From the NCBI GenBank assembly GCA_963665275.2, contig CAXXIN010000014.1, positions 64,001-128,000 on the forward strand: DNA of 64,000 nt, in the 5' to 3' direction. Shown piece after piece: positions 58,781 through 64,000 of this stretch. Origin of the DNA: Negativicutes bacterium. GTDB taxonomy: Bacteria > Bacillota > Negativicutes > UBA1444. Under the pieces are notes generated by a model. That model was not told where the DNA came from. It was given only the letters and a program-made list of their open reading frames with translations, and ran no database searches. The number at the start of each line of letters is the position of its first letter. The first letter of the stretch is position 1. Made by a program: the position numbers and the translations under genes.

Positions 58781-59212
58781 ATGGCCATTCCCCTGAAAAG
58801 TTTAACTCAGAGTGATTTTGCCAACTATGGCCGGATATTGGATTATAATCCCGAAGAGCAGGACCTTTTTCAGGTCGTGGTGCTGGAAGGCGAAAGTCAC
58901 GGCTGGCGCATAGCGATGATGAAAGTTGTGAACCAGCCGATTGCCAAAGTCGCCTGCCATCCTAATACAATGGAAGCCTTTGAACCGGTGAGCGGTGTCT
59001 GCGGAATTCTGGTGGGAAGCTATGATAAACCGGCGGAGTTGGAGGCTTTCATCCTGGATCGGGCAGTATGTATTAACAAATCAGTCTGGCATGCCGTGTT
59101 TTCCCTGTCCGGGTCGGCGCTTGTCCGAGTCACGGAGAATGCCGAGGTTCAATCTGAAACCTTCGAATTGAGCGATATACTGTGCATCGGATTGACAGGA
59201 TGCAAGGGGTAA
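58781..59212 (+). CDS. Ureidoglycolate-lyase-like cupin protein
   Basis: LT..DFANYGRI, HPNTMEAFEP, VWHA pattern. Confidence 0.65.
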   Translation: MAIPLKSLTQSDFANYGRILDYNPEEQDLFQVVVLEGESHGWRIAMMKVVNQPIAKVACHPNTMEAFEPVSGVCGILVGSYDKPAELEAFILDRAVCINKSVWHAVFSLSGSALVRVTENAEVQSETFELSDILCIGLTGCKG

Positions 59213-59228
59213 ACGGAGGAGCGTCCAT

Positions 59229-60329
59229 ATGTCGTGTGTAGTGCTGAATAATGTTGTGAAATCTTTTGGGGAAACGGTAGTTGTTCACGATTTCAATCTG
59301 GAAGTTCAGGACAAGGAGTTCCTGGTGCTCGTGGGTCCGTCCGGTTGCGGCAAAACAACAACTCTGCGCATGATCGCGGGCCTGGAAACAGCCACGTCCG
59401 GCGATATTTATATCGGGGACCGGTTGGTGAATGATGTTCCGGCCAAAGACCGGGATATCGCCATGGTCTTCCAGAGCTATGCGCTGTATCCGCATATGAA
59501 CGTGTATGAAAATATGGCGTTTGGTCTGGAAATGCGCAAGTTTTCCAAGACGGAAATTAACCGTCGGGTGCAGGAAGCGGCAGAAATATTGGATATCGGG
59601 CATTTGTTGGAGAGAAAGCCGAAAGCGTTGTCTGGTGGACAGCGGCAGCGGGTGGCGTTGGGGCGGGCGATCGTCCGTGAGCCAAAAGTATTCTTGATGG
59701 ATGAACCATTGTCCAATCTGGATGCCAAATTGCGGGTTCAGATGCGGGCGGAGCTGACCAAGTTGCACCAGCGATTGCAAACGACTTTTATTTACGTTAC
59801 GCATGATCAGACGGAAGCGATGACAATGGGCGACCGTATCGTGGTCATGAAAGACGGCTTCATACAGCAGGTGGATAATCCGCTAAACCTGTACAAGTAT
59901 CCGCAAAATATCTTTGTGGCCGGATTTGTCGGGTTACCTTCCATGAACTTTTTTTCGGTGGAAGTGCTGGAGGATGCAGGCTCGCTTTGGCTAACTAATC
60001 ACTGTTGTCGCATTGCCGCCTGTTCGTCTCAACGTACCCTGCTCCAGCCATATGTTGGCAAAGATATCATATTGGGCGTTCGTCCGGAAGTTTTTTCCGA
60101 TGATCCGCATTTTCTGGCTTCGCATGAGGCCTGGGTTAATGAGGTGAAGGTGGACATTGTGGAGCACATGGGCGCGGAGACCAACGTTTATTTCTCTTTC
60201 GGCGGGGTAAATACCATAGCGCGACTGGATAACTCGACCTTAGCTAAGGCGCAGCAATATCACAAGATTGCTTTTGACATGGAATTGGCCTGCTTCTTTG
60301 ACGCTGTCACTCAGAAGGTTATCTGCTAA
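59229..60329 (+). CDS. Sugar ABC transporter ATPase (MsmX/UgpC-like)
   Basis: GPSGCGKTT, FQSYALYPHM, LSGGQRQR, MDEPLSNLDAKLR, YVTHDQ. Confidence 0.96.
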   Translation: MSCVVLNNVVKSFGETVVVHDFNLEVQDKEFLVLVGPSGCGKTTTLRMIAGLETATSGDIYIGDRLVNDVPAKDRDIAMVFQSYALYPHMNVYENMAFGLEMRKFSKTEINRRVQEAAEILDIGHLLERKPKALSGGQRQRVALGRAIVREPKVFLMDEPLSNLDAKLRVQMRAELTKLHQRLQTTFIYVTHDQTEAMTMGDRIVVMKDGFIQQVDNPLNLYKYPQNIFVAGFVGLPSMNFFSVEVLEDAGSLWLTNHCCRIAACSSQRTLLQPYVGKDIILGVRPEVFSDDPHFLASHEAWVNEVKVDIVEHMGAETNVYFSFGGVNTIARLDNSTLAKAQQYHKIAFDMELACFFDAVTQKVIC

Positions 60330-60640
60330 TGATCCCAAAGATTTGAACGAACTGATCTAGAGTTTCAAGCCTTCCGACCTTCGGGTTCGGGAGGCTTTAT
60401 TTTGTAGAACCTGAAAAAATCCGGGAGATGTTGAAACAAAAAAGATATTGCTCGGTGATTCATGCTGATCTTTAGGTATGCTCTCAGTCGAAAAAATGAG
60501 AACGGCAGGAAAAATCGACCGTGAAGCGAAGAGATATGTATTCAATAATATTGAAGAGTCTGGGGAGAAGAGCTGAATCCTTGCTGTTTCTCCCAATATG
60601 CCTAATTTTAGTGAGTGAATTGCTCTCCATATGGAATAAG

Positions 60641-61381
60641 ATGGGGCGTGGTTTTGTGGGAAAATATCGGACAGGTTGCTTGCTGATGAGTATTCTGTTG
60701 TTTTCTGCCAGTGGAGTCGCTGCGCCGATTTTTGGACCACCGCAGCAGGGCTCTGTATCACCATCGAGAGAAAACTGCCGAATTTACTTTTTCCTGTCCA
60801 ATGATCCTGAGCCGCCGCTGAACATCCGCTCCTCTCCGGAAGAAAGAGAAGATAATGTCATTGCCACGATGCCGAATGGCAGGTATGGCGACATTCTGGC
60901 AGAAAAGAACGGGTGGTTCCAAATTTCCTTGCACGGGCTAAAAATCCCCCAGGGTAAAGGGTGGATTGCAGCTAACCGCACGGAGTATGATTGTAACGAA
61001 TTCCGAGAGACAATTACTTCATTTCCTTATTTAATCCCAGGCAGTAGACTCGTTGGCACGGGGACGCACGCATATGAATTCGAATTAAAAAAGGGACAAG
61101 TCCTGGTGATTCGTCCTGAACCGCCTGCTAATGGCAAATTGTTGCGCGACTGGCCGACCGCTGTTGGCGGACCGGGAGTTCCGCGGCAAGCGAAGGGATT
61201 TCCCAATCCCTATGCGCAGTGGTGGCGGAAAACAGACGACACATCAACTCCCGAACCGCCGGAGTGGCGTTGGATTGTGACGCAAAGCGGCTCCTATACC
61301 ATATACTTTGAGTCGAACTACAAGGGCTTCAGTTATGGGGCCAGTGTTGTCGAGCTTGAAGAAGCTGCTACTAAAGAATGA
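60641..61381 (+). CDS. Secreted protein with a bacterial SH3-like domain
   Basis: Signal-like hydrophobic stretch; LNIRSSP...VIA...G...NGWFQI...KGWI; start uncertain. Confidence 0.65.
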   Translation: MGRGFVGKYRTGCLLMSILLFSASGVAAPIFGPPQQGSVSPSRENCRIYFFLSNDPEPPLNIRSSPEEREDNVIATMPNGRYGDILAEKNGWFQISLHGLKIPQGKGWIAANRTEYDCNEFRETITSFPYLIPGSRLVGTGTHAYEFELKKGQVLVIRPEPPANGKLLRDWPTAVGGPGVPRQAKGFPNPYAQWWRKTDDTSTPEPPEWRWIVTQSGSYTIYFESNYKGFSYGASVVELEEAATKE

Positions 61382-61832
61382 TTGCTGACTGCCTGAGGCA
61401 GAGAATGCAGCGGAATTATAAGAAGCGGAATGCGCAGCAAGATGCCTCATTACTAATGAGGCATCTTGCATGAAATAGAATTGCAAACCCGATCTGGCCT
61501 TTTCAACCCCAGCTGAAGGGCACGTTGTTAATATAGCACCCGTATTGCGCGGCAACGATTGATGGACCGTTTTATAATCAGTTTTGCTCACAAGAATATA
61601 AGCCAGGGAATCTGAATTTTGGGGACCCAAGACCGAGAATCCGCTCCGGATGCCAGGCTTTCGCAAGGGTGATACGATGATCGTTCTCCTTCGCTATGTC
61701 GACGACGGTGAATGTTACGTATCGGTTGAAATGATGGAACGCCTTGCCAATGCTTTACCGTTGTGCTTTTTTCTTTTATACTAGCTTTATACCTGCACGC
61801 ACACGTTCTATAGAAGTTTGGGGAGGCACAGT

Positions 61833-62546
61833 GTGGAAAAGAACCAATCCTTGGATCGGACGCTGGATATTCTGGAGTGTTTTTCTACTAGTCGGTCAAA
61901 AATCGGACTTTCCGACCTGGCTAGAGCCGTTTGCCTGCCAAAGGCAACAGTGTATCGAATCGCCGAAACTTTGCTGGCGCGAGGATATCTGATTAAAGAT
62001 GCGGCGGACCAGTCCTATCAGCTCGGCTACAAAGTGCTGAACCTGGCCGGCGCAATGCTTGCCAATCTTGATTATCGGAAGATCGCGCTTCCCTATATGC
62101 AACAGATGCGCAATGAAACAAATGAATCGATTACCCTGTATATTGCCGCCAATGATCGGCAGCGACTGTGCGTTGAACGAGTTCAAAGTACTGCGGGTCT
62201 AAGTCGGATCGTGAATGTCGGCGATGTATTTCCAATTGATCGTGGCGCACCGGGTAAGGTGCTGCTTGCCTATCAGGACCCGGCAGCCCTGCTGAAGGAT
62301 TATGCGGTTTCGTCAACAGAACTGCAAACGGTACGCAGCTGCGGCTATGCGATCAGTTATGCGGAACGCGAAACAGGAGTCACCGCTGTGGCTGCGCCGA
62401 TTTTTAACCGGGAAGGCCAGATCTTGGCGGCGCTTTCCATATCCGGACCCTCATTTCGGTATGAAGGTGAGAACATGGATAGGTTCATTCTTCTAATAAA
62501 AGAAGCGGCTGCCAGCATCTCGCAAAAACTTGGTTGTACTAAATAG
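61833..62546 (+). CDS. IclR-family regulator
   Basis: SLDRTLDILE, LPKATVYRI..TL..RGYL, GAPGKVLLA, AVAAPIF..G...AALSISGP. Confidence 0.93.
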   Translation: MEKNQSLDRTLDILECFSTSRSKIGLSDLARAVCLPKATVYRIAETLLARGYLIKDAADQSYQLGYKVLNLAGAMLANLDYRKIALPYMQQMRNETNESITLYIAANDRQRLCVERVQSTAGLSRIVNVGDVFPIDRGAPGKVLLAYQDPAALLKDYAVSSTELQTVRSCGYAISYAERETGVTAVAAPIFNREGQILAALSISGPSFRYEGENMDRFILLIKEAAASISQKLGCTK

Positions 62547-62661
62547 AACGAGGAGTTCTATTTTTTTTTGCCTTGCAGGGAAATAACGTTGCAGGCAGAA
62601 TATAATAATAAAACAATAATGAACCGATGGTTCGCAATATGAACCGAAAGGAGGGAGTGAT

Positions 62662-62937
62662 ATGCTCAGGATAAAACGTTGTAGTCAATCCGGAAGTGCG
62701 GAGAAAAGCGATGTATTGGTTGTGATGGAGCCGCGGGGACCAGGAACCGGCACGAAGGTTGTGGTGAAAAGTCCGGTGTTCATGGAATTTGGTCGCCACA
62801 TGATCGCGACGGTAGAGTCTGTTCTTAAAGAACAGGATATCGTAGATGTCGCCGTTCTGTTGGAAGACAAGGGCGCGCTGGAATTTACATTGCGCGCGAG
62901 ATGCGAAACTGCTTTGCGGCGAGCGCTGATAGAGTGA
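62662..62937 (+). CDS. citD: Citrate lyase acyl carrier protein
   Basis: SGSAEKSDVLV, FGRHM, DKGALEFTLRARCETA. Confidence 0.9.
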   Translation: MLRIKRCSQSGSAEKSDVLVVMEPRGPGTGTKVVVKSPVFMEFGRHMIATVESVLKEQDIVDVAVLLEDKGALEFTLRARCETALRRALIE

Positions 62938-62946
62938 GGTGAGAAA

Positions 62947-63834
62947 ATGAAGCTTCGGAGAACAATGTTGTTTGTTCCGGGCAATGACCCGGGGAAGTTG
63001 TTCAATGCAGGCATTTACGGCGCGGATAGTCTGGTGTTTGATCTGGAAGATGCTGTGTCGGTCGGTGAGAAAGATGCCGCGCGCGATCTGGTAAAAAACG
63101 CGATCATGTTCAACGAATATCCTTGCGAAGTGGGCGTTCGTATCAACCACATCAGCACTCCCTTTGGTTATGACGACCTGCGGGAGATCATGAAAGCCCG
63201 TCCTGCCTTCATTCGGGTACCAAAATCTGAAGAAACGGCGGACATTGTTGCCGTTGACGACTATATCACCCAATTGGAAAAGGAATATGGCTATGAAGTC
63301 GGCGGGGTGAAAATCGTACTGACCATTGAGACGGCTTTGGGGATCATTAACTCGTACCAGCTGGCGAAATCCAGCAAGCGGATTGTGGCAATCGGACTGG
63401 GGGCAGAGGATTTCGCCGCTGATCTGGAGACGAATCGGACCGCAGATGGACGGGAAATTCTCTTTGCGCGCAGTCAGCTGCTTTTGTCAGCTCGGGCTGC
63501 AAAAGTTCAGGCTATTGATAATGTCTATGCGGATGTTACCAATGAAGCGGGATTCATGGCTGATACTTTGTTGGGCAAAGAGTTGGGGTTCAGCGGAAAA
63601 TCAGTTATTCATCCAAATCAGGTCGAAATCGTGCACAGGATTTATACGCCGACGCTGAATGAAGTTTCCAAGGCTCAAAAGATTATTGGCGCATACCAAG
63701 AGGCCTTAGCGAAAAAATCGGGAGTCATTGCCCTGAATGGCAAGATGATCGATGGCCCAATCGTGGCGAGGGCCGAACGCACGTTGCGTTTCGCGCAGGC
63801 GGTCGGACTGGTAAAGGATGGTGAACTGGTGTGA
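62947..63834 (+). CDS. citE: Citrate lyase beta subunit (citryl-ACP lyase)
   Basis: LRRTMLFVPG, FDLEDAV..EKDAAR, IETALG, LGAEDF, GFSGKSVIHPNQ, GKMIDGP. Confidence 0.93.
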   Translation: MKLRRTMLFVPGNDPGKLFNAGIYGADSLVFDLEDAVSVGEKDAARDLVKNAIMFNEYPCEVGVRINHISTPFGYDDLREIMKARPAFIRVPKSEETADIVAVDDYITQLEKEYGYEVGGVKIVLTIETALGIINSYQLAKSSKRIVAIGLGAEDFAADLETNRTADGREILFARSQLLLSARAAKVQAIDNVYADVTNEAGFMADTLLGKELGFSGKSVIHPNQVEIVHRIYTPTLNEVSKAQKIIGAYQEALAKKSGVIALNGKMIDGPIVARAERTLRFAQAVGLVKDGELV

Positions 63835-64000
63835 TTAACGCAGCAGATCGGGAAATACCGGAAGTTAGTGGGATGCATGTTTTGCCGTATCAGGGGCCAT
63901 GGGCCAATGTGCAGCCAAATGCCCGGGGAACCAAGACTGTCGATGTGCCGCCATCGGCCAAAATACTGCAATCCATCGATGCAGCGATTGATGCGGCAGG
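63831..64000 (+). CDS. citF: Citrate lyase alpha subunit (3' truncated by window)
   Basis: GTG overlapping the citE stop; INAADREIP...KILQSIDAAIDAA; citDEF gene order. Confidence 0.7.
   Translation, partial: MINAADREIPEVSGMHVLPYQGPWANVQPNARGTKTVDVPPSAKILQSIDAAIDAA

Noticed and set aside
61382-61815. Possible gene or ncRNA between the SH3 and IclR genes
   Set aside because: Only short interrupted frames and no recognisable RNA motif; perhaps a decayed gene, but I cannot support a call.

Overview
Chromosomal window from a Bacillota genome, probably a diderm Negativicute (Sporomusaceae-like). This is inferred from Firmicute-style genes occurring together with an RND efflux pump. It holds two tRNA-anchored mobile elements in a housekeeping background. 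(1) Positions 1-19379 are the right part of a defence island ending in a duplicated tRNA-Lys(CTT) 3' half. It carries a type I RM operon with FRG and Fic genes inserted between hsdS and hsdR, and the FRG protein ends in a clear copy of the HsdR C-terminal motif. It also has a CBASS-like operon with two tandem CD-NTases plus an S-4TM effector, a Schlafen/AlbA_2 protein, an ABC-ATPase/methyltransferase fusion broken by one stop codon, and a membrane ankyrin protein. A GC-rich structured non-coding block contains a diverged repeat, an attC-like hairpin and an Frpo-like ssDNA promoter. (2) Positions 30151-44516 are a complete ~14.4 kb satellite-like element in tRNA-Gly(CCC), bounded by 49-bp att repeats. 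It has an integrase, a repressor/Cro switch, a replication module containing an unusual loader-N-terminus/Fic/VbhA fusion, two TA-like pairs, and a cargo of an Abi/DRT-like reverse transcriptase followed by a 1277-aa nuclease-like/helical protein. The rest is MscS, HU, TetR-RND efflux, CidR-CidA-LrgB, a sigma54-controlled BKACE/DASS locus, an amino-sugar ABC/NagA/NagB cluster and the start of citDEF. Several single-base indels look like sequencing errors. All family names come from motif recognition by eye, not database searches.
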